Shown here: piece after piece, positions 50,113 to 63,177 of the stretch
Numbering within the stretch: position 1 is the first letter of the stretch
How the letters are laid out: each line of letters starts with the position of its first letter
Assembly (NCBI RefSeq): GCF_001194135.2
Contig: NC_068981.1
Location: forward strand, 43,732,378 to 43,796,377
Direction: 5' to 3'
DNA: 64,000 bases
Source of the DNA: Octopus bimaculoides
Taxonomy: Eukaryota
Program-made: the position numbers and the translations under genes
Notes under the pieces: model-generated
The model's input: only the letters and a program-made list of their open reading frames with translations
What the model was told of the DNA's origin: nothing
Databases searched by the model: none

Positions 50113-51254
50113 AAGGGAAAAAGAGTAAACAAAGACAGGTGTGAGTATAGGTAATATATATTTAAGAAATCGCAAANNNNNNNNNNNNNNNNNNNNNNNN
50201 NNNNNNNNNNNNNNNNNNNNNNNNNATATATGTATGTATCTACAGATACACACATACACTCACACACATGCATACATATCTATGTATACATATACATACA
50301 TACATATATAAAAGTATGTTTATTCAATCACAGCTGGCTTGCTCACCTTTACTTGTTCTAATTATAAAAAGAAAACGAAAGTAACAAAATATTGTATATT
50401 TCAAGGAATTTCATGGTATTAAGACACAAGCTAAACCCCATCTCTTGTTAGAAAGGTTGAAGAATAAATATCCCTTTAGGAAGTTTTGTAATTCTCTGTC
50501 AGTTACAGTCAACATCAAAATAAGGTCTTAGATTTGAAATTTTTTTTTTATTTGAGTCAATGATAATTATCTATGTTAATAATTCATTTTTGAAATAGTG
50601 GATCATGAAGCCCATATAAAGCTATAAAAAATAGTAGCATGTAGATATTGGATTGAAAAATCCTTTTAGATAGAAAATTCCAAAGGCTGTCCAAAAGAGG
50701 TTTCCACCCAATATTTACATGCTTCAAGATCCACTATTCCAAAAAAGAATTATTTCACTTTTTCTCAAAAGTTTATAAAATCAAATGTCAAAAATTTCTT
50801 TGATATTTTGATTTTGAGCAGACATTGAGACTTATCAAAAGTGTTCTAGCCATAACTATCCTGTTCTTTACTTGGACATAGCATATCAAAAAAGTGATAT
50901 TATCCAAAGTATCTCTATAATGCAAGTAAGTTCTAACTATTTATCCTGGGAATAGACAATGAATTCCAGGGTGAAAAATGTGGGAGAGGATTGTAAAAGA
51001 CAAAGGAGGAAGTTTGATGTAATTAATTCTTCCTCCGGTGTGACTGCAATAAAAACCTCTACTCTCAGTTAAAGCCGCTTATACTTTCAAATGGTGAGTA
51101 TGTTGAATGAGAAGAGTAAGACTATGGAGAACAAAGAAAAGAGGATGGAGAAGAAAAATTTCCCAGTATAGATATTCTTTATTCCCAATCAATATTCAGT
51201 AGCACTCCATACGATAGACAGTAGGGTTACTAACACAGCAATCATCTTAGAGAA

Positions 51255-51440
51255 TAATGGTTTCAAATTTTGGCACATGTCCAGCAATATATTAGAGAAG
51301 GTGTAAGTTGATTACATCAACCCTGGTACTTGACTGGTACTTATTTTATTGACCCCAGAATTTGAACTCAGAATATAAAGATGAAATGCACTTAAACATT
51401 TTGTCCTGCATGCTAACTATTTTTCCAGTTCACAGCCTTA
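51255..51440 (-). mobile_element. SINE family A with an internal deletion
   Basis: TTTCAAATTTTGGCAC..GACTGGTACTTATTTTATTGACCCC|AGAATTTGAACTCAGAA. Confidence 0.8.
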
Positions 51441-54400
51441 AATCATTTTGAGTAATAATATAAGTAAATAGATATGATTTTTTACTCATAAATGCCTGGA
51501 CAATACCTGCCAGTAGAACATTTATGCAACTTTGAAGGATCTTATAGGCCAGAAAGTGCTATTTAACTCAGCAAAAAATTAAGTTTATAATGCAAAAAAA
51601 AAAACCTGGCATTTTTCTTGTCATAGGCTTCAACTCAGTTTCTATTAATCAAACTTCACTCACAAGGCTTAAGCCAATTTATAGCCATGGTGGAAGAAGC
51701 TTACTCATGATGCTGCACAATGAGACTGAATCCCAAACCTGGTAAATGTGAAGTGAGCTTCTTAACCATGGAGCCATGCTTGTATGCATGATTAATTAGA
51801 AAGATATTAGAGTACTTAACAGATATCTCTAATAAGGAATCTGTCATGGATGTGCAAGATTTCTGCTTGGTAGAAAATGTCTTTGCATTATAAGTCTATG
51901 AGAGGTGCATACAAGTTCTCATTTATAGTTTGTAATCAGAATTAAACTATAATCAGAAGGTAAGACCAACCAAAGCACAAAGAAAATTGCATACTGATGA
52001 ATTTGTGGGGCACTTTCCCATGATCTAGATAAGGTCTTATACTCAGCTTGCATTAAACAAATATAATTTTTGTTAAAGCTGTATTCACTCATTGTACTTA
52101 ACTTCAAGTGTGTGAATTAAGTCAATGTGTTTTGTGTTTTGAGGTTTTAGAACACTCTTGAAAGTGATATACAAACTATGGACCTCTTTTCTAATAGTAT
52201 AATGTTCTACTGGTAAGGTCAGAAAGTGACACTAATATTTTCTTTCAAATATTTGGATTAAAATTATAACATCAGTGAAATGGTCAATTTAATTTACTTT
52301 AATTGTTTACAACATATATATAGCAATCAATTTAAACTGACCTTAGAGACAAACAAACCAAAAAGCAAATGGTAAATTACAGTTTACTTTCAAACTTTAA
52401 TTATGAAGAAAATCTGTATTTTTTTTTTTTTTGCTATTTATAAATAATTTCTCATTAATTCTTATTCTTGTAAGTCTTTGTGGTCAGTCTATAAGAAAAA
52501 AAAAAGTAAAACATAAAACTACAGCAAAATTTACCTTTCTAACCACAACTTAAACATTTTTTTTGGCAAGAAACCATTTGTTTTACTGCAGCCATCTTCA
52601 AGAAACGCTTCATAAACCTTACATGCACCAGAGGTCACTTCTAAGGTAAAGTGAATTTTCTTTTGAATGCCAAATTCATGTGAACAGCATACATCAGCAA
52701 TGAGATATTATCAGAATGTCTAAGAAATTGAAATTGCTCCATTACACTCAGGTTATTGATATGCAAGAAGCAAATTATTTCCTTTTATGAAATATAGGAA
52801 TATTTCAATTTTTTTTTTTCCCATTATTTTATCAATATGTCTGCTTTAACAAATACACACCTAAATTCAGAAATACCTAAAAGAAATGTGTTTTCATGAA
52901 GCTAGAAATTTTACTAAAGTTTTCAGTCTTTCTTAATGTATATGTGTGTGTGTCATTATCTCACTTTCACACATACACACAAATATACACACATACATAC
53001 ACACACATACCAGCATACATACATACATATATACATATATAAAATAAAATTATGCATATAAATGTGGTACACACATGCATATATATATACATATAAATAT
53101 ATATGTGTGCGTGTGTGTGTGTGTATATGTATAACTATGATATAATATAATGATATAATAATGTAATATGATATAATGTATATACGTCTGGTACATATAA
53201 TTCAGTCTCAATATTTTGATACAATGTAATAATGCTTTTGTTTTTAAAAATAAATTCTACTAATCTTGGTCTTGTTGAGTCTCTTTGACTTAACCCCACA
53301 GCCTAGCATCTTATGTGAGTTTAGTAGATTCCACTCTGTTGCAAGTGTTTTGGTCAGGTTTCTGGTTTGAAGATATCTTCCTCCCTCCTTCCAACTACTC
53401 TCGAAAATTTCCATTACAGGAGATGAGCACTGCCTTCTCAACTAACTAAAAGATAAGAGATAAAAAAAGGTTGACTGATAAAGTTGATTTCAACAAGATT
53501 TTAATTCAGAATACTGAAAGATAGAAATAACAGGCAGCCATTTATTGAAGCATGTATTCTTTCTGTCAAATTACTGCTAATGTAAATGAATAGAACATTA
53601 AATAGTTAAAACAGTTACATCCAAAAATAGACATTCAAAAGGACAGTGCGTTTATTTTTTTTTTTAATTTTTTTTTTAAGCTTTTGCTGGCTTATTTTAT
53701 TTCATCAGTCAGAAATCTTGGTAGGTTATGTGATCTGACCAGTATATGATGTTATATTAGCCATGCATGATCTGCTGTAGGAGAGAAACTATTTATGTTT
53801 TATTTGTTGGCTTGTCATTTTCAGGTCAGCTCTATGATCAACATTATTCCAGCCATGACCATCATGTCATTTTTGCATAACTAAAATTACACTGGCCAAT
53901 ATATTCTCTCTGATAATAGGGTTGTGATTTGAGAAATTCTTCCTGCTGTTTCAAGCAGGTTGAGTAAACATGTAGAGCCTCCTTCATTTACTCATAACAA
54001 TATTTGGCTCTCTGATGTCTGTGTTGTTTGTCTTGGATAGCTCCTGTGGACCTTGAATGAGCAGTCATTTTGTATATGTAATCAAGCATCTAAATGAATC
54101 CATTAAACTAACCCATGATATGGATTGTATCGCATGAATATTTTATAGCATGATAATGGCTCTAATATTCCATATGGCACAACACTTTGTATGTTCTTAC
54201 AGCAGTTGTGTTATAATTAGTTTTGGTATTAGGACCTCTGCCTTCATTCAATCATACTAAATGATTAAAATTGAAAGACAGTTCAAATAGGATAAATAGA
54301 AAACATTTAAGGAAGTTAACACTGATTTAAACAAGCAAGGGAAAATGAAGTGGAGAGATACATTTCTTAATATTCCTGTCTTTACAATATCAGAGGAAAT

Positions 54401-54499
54401 TTCTTAGTTTTCACATTAAGGTGCTGTAATATCAGAAGCCCAAAATCATTAGTAGTTTTGCCAAATAGTAAGGAATGTCTCTGTTGTACTAATTTATCA

Positions 54500-54750
54500 A
54501 AGGTGCTGAAATTGGATCAGACACGTCCTCAAACAAGATCAACAAAGTGGTTGTATGGTGGCACTAAAGTGAAAAACAGGAGAAAAGAGCAGCAGGGTGT
54601 CCAAAAAGCATATGGTGAAAGACCATTGACAAGGAAACGAAGTGAGAAGAGTGGAGAAGCTGCAATGAGACAAGAACAGAGCTGGCTGGAAAGAACCTGT
54701 TGTAGCCTTATGTGCCTCATAGCACAGAGAGAACTGACTAACTAATCTAT
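54500..54750 (+). mobile_element. C-terminal remnant of a second RTE lineage
   Basis: Alternative frame: WIRHVLKQDQQSGCMVALK*..RAGWKEPVVALCAS*HREN*. Confidence 0.7.
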
Positions 54751-57700
54751 CTACTAGTATTATCCCTACTTATTAGATCAAATCTCTTGAAAAAAATGAG
54801 CCTAAATTTAAGAAAATATTTGATGATGTTGCTTCAATGATGCTGAGCTTTTATAGCACCTCATTACACTATTGTGTCCTATGTCTCTGTAAAGACATTA
54901 ACCAGTTGGCTTCAGTACCTTTTTTTGTCTTCTGTATTTAGGCCTGAGCTTTTCCTATTAGAAAATATTAAATAAATAATTTAGAAACAGCACTAATCCT
55001 CTTATGTAATGCATCTCAAATAAAATAACATTCAGAAAGCTACTAAGGCAAATTTTATATACTAATTTACAATGCTCTTTTATATTTTAGCTGAGATATT
55101 TGTATTTATCATCATCATTTAACATTTTAGCACAATCATGTCATATCTTAATGATTATAAAACATATATAAAATAATTAAAAAGAAAAAAAGTAGTGGAA
55201 ATAACAAAGGTCTAATTTTGTATAAGATTTATGTATTCTAGTATATATAAAACAGGACACAGATTCCAATCCCCCAGAATTCCTCAGAGATCTTTCAATC
55301 TACACAAAATTCCTCGGGATCCCAGTATTTCATTCAGTTGTTAGTAACCCCCACTTTCCTATATCTTAACAAATAACACTTTAAATGATTTTGATAATAC
55401 ATCAATTTCCAGTGAAATGGTATATTATAAAAACGATGATGAAGATGATTATGATGATGACAAGGATGTGGACAACAAAGATAACAAAAATGATTATAAT
55501 TATGATCATGTTGATCATGATGATGAGGATAATAAGATATAGTAGTAAGTTTCTCACGAACTTTTATATTTTTGAGATGTTTAAATGGTTAAAAGCAACA
55601 TATTGAAATATTATTTAAAACATGACAAAACTTCTCAGTAAATCATTTGCATAAAGGTCAAAAGGTTATATTTTATGTTTAAAGCTTTTTCTTGTTGTTT
55701 TTGTTTTTGTCCTGATAATATTTCTGCCTTTTTCTAACTGTTGATTATGAAATGAAATTTCTAAATATAAATTTTAATTAAGAAGTCATTGTGTAAATAA
55801 AATTATTTTTATTTTGTTACAACTATGATGAAGAATCAATTGAATTTATTAGTCATTCCATAACTCTTTTAATTTTATAATTTACCCATACTAAATTTTA
55901 AATTCTTGCTTGTCTTTTCATAGAAGTAGTTAGTTAGAAATGAAGCAGTTGAATGTCTAGATAGGTGTGATGCTGGACTAACAGCTAACAGATCTTCATT
56001 TCAAATCCACAGCAGACATTTTTATGCCTCAGGAGGGTAGTTAGGGTGGGGTAATAAACTGAATTCTCCAAATCAAATCAACTATGTATTATATTTCAAA
56101 GTAGGAAAAAAGTTACACATGACTTCTTCAATGTGGATTGTTTTGTCAAATATAATAACATTTTTACTTTTATTTGCTGTAACAGTGCACTATAGGTACT
56201 TCTCCAGGATGAACTTTGCCAAGTTAGGGAAAGCAAACTAATAAAGAGGTAACAGAAATGACTAAAGCAAGAACATCATGGCAGCAAATCTATCTCAGTA
56301 CAGTCTATTGACAAATTTGAAATCACACTGCCAGTTAATAAAAACACCTCTTCAATTTCACCATGTTCAGATGGTTTACTGAAATGACACTTAGTTCTCT
56401 CTCAACCTCTGGAGTACCAAAATATACCAAATGTGTACTTACCTTCCAGAAATGATTTCAGTTATTGATCAACATATTGTCCAAGAGAATATTTATCATT
56501 AACTCACATAATCTTATAAATTAGAGTCATAAATAGCTGCTATTGCTCGAAAGTTTGAAGACTTTCAAGTTGTGAATAATAGGTAGCAGTTCTCTTACAG
56601 GGGAAAATGTATTTATAATTCATATGTCATTAATTTAGAACTATGCATAATTCATCAGCCCATTGAGGTTTCTGAGACATTTAGGAGAGAATTTGCAGTT
56701 TATCTAGCTATAGGGAATAAATACCAGATCTTTAGCATCCTATCCAGAGACAGACTTTAGTCATGAAAATAGAATAACACACAAGAACTTCATCTCCCAC
56801 AGTTTTATAGATAGAAGATTATATTTTATTATAATGTAGTGTTAACACTTCCATCACTATATTTCTAATAAATTTACTGCCTATGTTTTTCAATTAATTT
56901 TCAATATAACTGAAGTATCGGAGGGAGATTAATGAAAATATTTGTAACATTATATATTGGTTTATATTATGCTGTTGTTGATTTACTCATAGTATATGTT
57001 ATCATTTGTGTTATGAGATTTTGATCAATATTGCAAGTTAGATATGAACACTTTAGTACAGGTGATCTCAGGCCAGTTAGTATTAAGAAGGTTAAGTAGA
57101 CTATTTCCTTTACTTCATCTACTTAACTTTAAGCATGGGAGGAGTGACATAATCAGATCTTCTGGGAATGTTACCTGGAGAGATTAAATCAACTGAATCT
57201 AGAACTAAACAAGAGCTTAAAAAGATACATACGATTTGTGGATAAATTTATCACCATCATTATCAGTCATACTATATTTACTTTATCGTTGTTTTGTTCT
57301 TCTTTGAACACTCTAGTAGTTAATGTATAAATTATGTGTCACATTAGAGTTGTAAAATGGCTGAAACAGTTCTGTGATGGATTAAATAACTGTCTTGTAG
57401 AATGACCCCAAGTTGTCATTAAAGACAGGTTGGGAAATAAATAACTGGTTTCATACCATTAGTTTAAACTGACTGACTGCACAAACATCTAATGAGAAAC
57501 AGTTTGTTTTGTCTCAGGCATGTCTTTGCTAATATTGGTCTCATATACCCTAAAAATTAGTGACTGGGTAATATAACCCCAAATTACTTTCACCAAGACT
57601 AAATATATTTTGAAGGCATTTATATTTTCTTTCTTAAATATGTGATTTTTCAGCAACAGCTACATATCTCATGATGTCTTTATTTATAGACAGCTACTAT

Positions 57701-58167
57701 GTTTATAAATATAAACCCAGTGTCTCTCCATATTTTCTAAGACCAACAGAGGACCATTAAGATCACATTAAGTTCGCATATATCACTCTTAGCTCTTAAA
57801 GTGTCTGTAGGTACCTAAATAAGAAAGCCTAAAATTGCTAAGATCCTACAATCAACATCCAGTTGCAAATTTAACTTTAAATAATTTTATTCCTTTGACA
57901 ATTTAAATAAAAAATACAATGATACAAATAATAAATAGATAAATGAATAAGTTATAAATAAATAAATATAAAAACAATTTTCTATTTCTGCCTGTAGTAA
58001 TATTTTTACAAATTTAAAAGTTCCTGAATATTATACCCTTTTTCAAATCAAGAAACATAATATATAAAAATCTATGAATAGATAGTTTCTGCAACATTAT
58101 TGATGTAAGAAAGGGGAAAAAAGTCTCATGAGATATAACCATAACAACACAAATTAAAACAGTAGTG

Positions 58168-58227
<60 letters not shown>

Positions 58228-58506
58228 AGAATAATGTATTCCTGTCAATGGAAGTACAGTGATTTTAAAACATGAAATAAATTGAACGTTATTTTCCTAG
58301 TTGTTTCCACATTATAGATAATATGCAAAAGAAACAAGCACAAATGCATGCATATCTATATTGCTTTATGTCAATATTATGTACATACCTGTGTGTGTGT
58401 GAATAACATACATATATGCACATGTGTATGTATAAGCATTGGCATATGCATGAATGTGTGTGCATATTTATGCATACATATGTACATACACACGCATATA
58501 TATGTA

Positions 58507-58544
<38 letters not shown>

Positions 58545-58689
58545 CATACATACATACACACATACACCACACACACACACACAAATTGAAGTCTATTATT
58601 TTCCTTATAATATCAGTTTCATGAACTAGGAAAGTGTACAAATGTATACATATTTTCATACATATGTTTATGTGCATGCACATGTGTAT

Positions 58690-58755
<66 letters not shown>

Positions 58756-59844
58756 TGAGAGAGAGAGAGAGAGAGAGAAAGAGAAAGAGAGTGTGATTAT
58801 GATGTGCATGTGTGTGTAAGTGGGGCCACAGATAGGTGAACAGATGTGTCTCAGGCCTGATAATGTTGCACATAGACTACGGAATATATTCAACTGAAAT
58901 GAAATTCAAATAGATTTCCTTTTATTGTAAATAAAACTAGAAATTTGTTTAGAAATTAGTTATGCAATCAGAGTCGTTGTTGTTTTGCCCAGATCAGTCT
59001 TGATCAAGTAAACTGATCATGAATAGAATTCCAACAGGGACAAATCATTTTGTAATCATTTTTGGCAGAGCATATTTAGAATTTATCTATTTGGGTTAAC
59101 CAAAGTCTTGTGAATGTATTTATTAGGGAAAAACTAAAAGAAGCTCATCATATATATATATATACATATATTATTTTGCTTAGAGGTTTAAAACTATATA
59201 CATGCATATATATATATGTGTGTTGTGTATGTATCATCATAATTATCATCATCATTGTCATCATCGTTGTCATTGTCATTGTTGTCATCGCTCTCATCCT
59301 CCTCATCATCATCACTATTTTAACATACACTTTTCCATGCTCACACGCCATGAATGGAACTTCGAGGTGGATTTTCTACAGCTTGATGCCCTTCCTGTCA
59401 CCAACCCTCATCTCTTTCCAAATAATGTAATATTTCCTCATAACCAGGCATGTTTTCAGAGACAGTAACGTACACATCTACTTACAAGACTTTTGTTGAC
59501 CCAGGATTATAGTAGAAGACACGTGGAGAAGGTGCCATGCAGTGAGACTGAAGTTGTAACCATTTGTTTGGGAAGCAAACAACTTGTCTCACAGTCACAA
59601 TATACATACATATTCATATATATATATATATATATATANNNNNNNNNNNNNNNNNNNNNNNNNNNNNNNNNNNNNNNNNNNNNNNNNNNNNNNNNNNNNN
59701 NNNNNNNNNNNNNNNNNNNNNNNNNNNNNNNNNNNNNNNNNNNNNNNNNNNNNNNNNNNNNNNNNNNNNNNNNNNNNNNNNNNNNNNNNNNNNNNNNNNN
59801 NNNNNNNNNNNNNNNNNNNNTATATATATATATATATATATGTA

Positions 59845-60442
59845 TATGTGTGCAAGAGAGGCGACTGCACTGGTATGGTCATGTGTTGCGTATGGATGAG
59901 GACAGCTGTATGAAAAAGTGTCACACCCTAATAGTGGAGGGAACCTGTGGAAGAGGTAGACCCAGGAAGACATGGGATGAGGTGGTGAAGCATGACCTTC
60001 AAACGTTGGGCCTCACAGAGGCAATGACAAGCGACTGAGACCTTTGGAGATATGCTGTGCATGCGAAGACTTGTTGAGTCAAGTGAAATCATAGTCATGG
60101 CCAATGCTAGTGTCACCTGATAAGTACCCATGCCAGTGGCACATAAAACACTATTTGAGCATGGTTGATGCCAGTGCCACCGACTGGTTCCCATGCTGGT
60201 GGTATGTAAAAAGCACCGTTCAAACGTGGTCAATGCCAGGCCCACCTGACTGGCGCCTGTACTGGTAGCATGTAAAAAGCACCCATTACACTCTTGGACT
60301 GGTTGGTGTCAGGAAGGGCATCCAGCGGTAGAAACCTTGCCAGATCAGGTTGGAGCCTGGTGCAGCCTCCTGGCTTGCCAATCCTCAGTCAAACCATCCA
60401 ACCCATGCCAGTATGGAAAGCAGACGTTAGACGATGACGATA
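59845..60442 (+). mobile_element. RTE LINE 3' end (C-terminal coding, 3' UTR, ATG tail)
   Basis: QERRLHWYGHVLRMDEDSCMKKC..VEGTCGRGRPRKTWDEVVKHDL.., followed by the tail family seen at 21543, 33990 and 47218. Confidence 0.93.
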
Positions 60443-60445
60443 AAG

Positions 60446-60491
<46 letters not shown>

Positions 60492-60939
60492 CGTTGCTAT
60501 TATGTTAAACTGTTGTATGTCCAAATTTGGTCAAATGATTTTTTCAATATTTATTTTTCCTTGCAATAGATGGTTCTTTTAGTCAAACTAGTGTATCTCC
60601 AGCTGCTTCAGTATGTGGCATTGACAAGTCAAAAAGATGATGAAACATCGATATCTGTCACTCCAGAAAAAAGGAATTTGATGCGAGTTGTCTCACTTGG
60701 CTATGACTTGCTTTTAGGTGTTTTTACACCTGGGGCATTGAGAATATATTCTCTTATGCGTAAAAGACACAGCTACCTGACAAACTAACGACACACTTGC
60801 CTCATGTATGTGTGTTCGACTTTGTATAATATATATTACCTGGAAGTATCTGATCTCATAATTTTTATACACATTCATGAAAGAACTGAATGTTAAACGA
60901 AGAATATTCTATAAATATAATAGATGTATTCATGAAATT

Positions 60940-61143
60940 GGTTTCACAGTTTTGGCACAACATTAGCAATTTTGTGGGAGGGAGCAAGTTTCTTATATCA
61001 ACCCCAGTGCTCAACTGGTGTTTATTTCATTGACCTTGGAAAGACGAAAGGGAAAACAGAATTTAAATACAGAACAAAAAGACAGACGAAATGCAACTAA
61101 ACATTTTGCCCATCTTGCTTATGATTCTGCTTCCTTGCCACCT
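60940..61143 (-). mobile_element. SINE family A, degenerate
   Basis: TTTTGGCACAA..CAACCCCAGTGCTCAACTGG..GACAGACGAAATGC..ATTCTGCTTCCTTGCCACC. Confidence 0.75.
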
Positions 61144-61618
61144 AAGATCTAGTCATAATGTTAAAACGTGGCAACTAATATTTCAGCAGTGACTCTTCTC
61201 TAAGGATCAAGAGAAAATGCATTTTCTCTAATGATGCTTTGTGAATATTAGCTTTAGTAAAAGAAAGATGGCGATATAAGAATATGAATAAATGTATTTA
61301 TCTGTATGTGTAATTTGAAAATCAAATAAGCAAGATGACATAAGTTCGCAATATTATCTTGATACTCCTGGAATGAATTAATTTGTTGTAAGACTATCTT
61401 TCTGCAGAAAATGGAAAAAGGTAAAAAGGAAAGACAAGATGAAACTGGGAAAATACAGACGGGGGAAAAAAAAAGAAAAAAATGAAAAATTCAGAAATAC
61501 AATTCAAGTAAAACTAGCATTGTAGTAGACTGGACAGGTACAGTTGTTAAATAGGTGCTGGAAGAAATATGGAAAGGAGCAGAATAAACAGAAAAATATA
61601 AGAAGAAAGGTGTGTGTG

Positions 61619-61657
<39 letters not shown>

Positions 61658-61699
61658 TAATTTTTGTATAACTATGTATTGTTAATATAACAATACATA

Positions 61700-63134
61700 A
61701 AGACGGGCCAGAGTTGAAGTGCTCAGCATGAGCTAGAATTCATCTTATAGTAAAAATGGATACAAAACTAAATCGGACTTGGGTAGGATTAGCAAATGTA
61801 TTCTAGATCGGATTATAGCAGTGATAAAGAAAAAACACAACTCCCTTTATGGGAATCAACAAATGATGTTATAGTCTGGTTCCATAAACATGAACATCAT
61901 AAAACTTCATCCTTCGTACAGTTCGATATTTCAAATTATTACTCTTCGATCTCCCCAATTTTATTAAATAAGGCAATTATTTTCGCCCGCAACAAGTATA
62001 TTGAAATTTCAAGCTTGGACATTGATATTATTCAAGCGGCTCGTATGACTCTTATTAGTTATGCAAACCAGCACTGNNNNNNNNNNNNNNNNNNNNNNNN
62101 NNNNNNNNNNNNNNNNNNNNNNNNNNNNNNNNNNNNNNNNNNNNNNNNNNNNNNNNNNNNNNNNNNNNNNNNNNNNNNNNNNNNNNNNNNNNNNNNNNNN
62201 NNNNNNNNNNNNNNNNNNNNNNNNNNNNNNNNNNNNNNNNNNNNNNNNNNNNNNNNNNNNNNNNNNNNNNNNNNNNNNNNNNNNNNNNNNNNNNNNNNNN
62301 NNNNNNNNNNNNNNNNNNNNNNNNNNNNNNNNNNNNNNNNNNNNNNNNNNNNNNNNNNNNNNNNNNNNNNNNNNNNNNNNNNNNNNNNNNNNNNNNNNNN
62401 NNNNNNNNNNNNNNNNNNNNNNNNNTATCCGTATATCAAATCTATCGGCAAATGAAAATATATTTAATAAATATGCACCAATATATAACAATGCCTTAAA
62501 GCTAAGCGGCTTTACGAAAAATATAGAGTATATACATGATACAAAATTAAAAATAAAGCTGGCCAACATTAAGGATAGGCAAGGACTAACAGCCTTTGGC
62601 ACGAACTCATCAGTCGATACACTACCCAACCATACACGAATTATGGGGACTAATGATAGAGATTATAGAATAAATTGCGATAACATAAAACAAGATAAAA
62701 TAGGAAACCATAAAAGTAAGGATAATAGTAACAATAAAAATAGAGGTTATAATATGAAGTACTCGAGATATAGAAATGATAACCGGGTGCTACTGAATGA
62801 GTCATCCTCTATGACCAAATCCAGAATCCATCATGTTATCTGGTTCGCCCCTCCCTTCTCACTAAGAGTAAGAGGTCTTCCTAAATTATTTTTTAAAATA
62901 TTAAAGGAAAATTTCCCTAAGCACCACAAGTACTACACCATTTGTAATAAATCAACAATAAAATTAGCCTATTCCGCTACTCCAAATGTAGGATCTATCA
63001 TCTCTAAAATGAATAGGAATAAAATTAGACACTATAATGATAGTAGGAACATTAATGAGGATAACCCTGATGGAAATAAATATGATAATTTGAGACCTAG
63101 TAACAATACTACTGCAAAAGATCATAGCATGTGA
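61700..63134 (+). mobile_element. Penelope-like element RT ORF (relatively young, spans an N gap)
   Basis: KSDLGRISKCILDRI/KTQLPLWESTNDVIVWF..FVQFDISNYYSSIS..LLNKAI, then after the gap RISNLSANENIFNKYAPIYNNALKLSGF..VIWFAPPFS..NFPKHHKYYTICNKSTIKLAYSATPNV. One frameshift, in an A6 run near 61825-61830. Confidence 0.9.
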
Positions 63135-63177
63135 CTGTAAAAGATCATAGCATGTGACTGTAAAAGATCATAGCATG
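63111..63177. repeat. 23-bp tandem repeat, about 3 copies
   Basis: ACTG(C/T)AAAAGATCATAGCATGTG at 63111, 63134 and 63157 (the last is 2 nt short). Confidence 0.9.

Noticed and set aside
39380-59845. Idea that the RT copy ending at 39380 and the 3' end starting at 59845 are one split element
   Set aside because: About 30 codons are missing between them, there is no TSD-bounded single insert, and RTE fragments are abundant, so independent copies are more likely.
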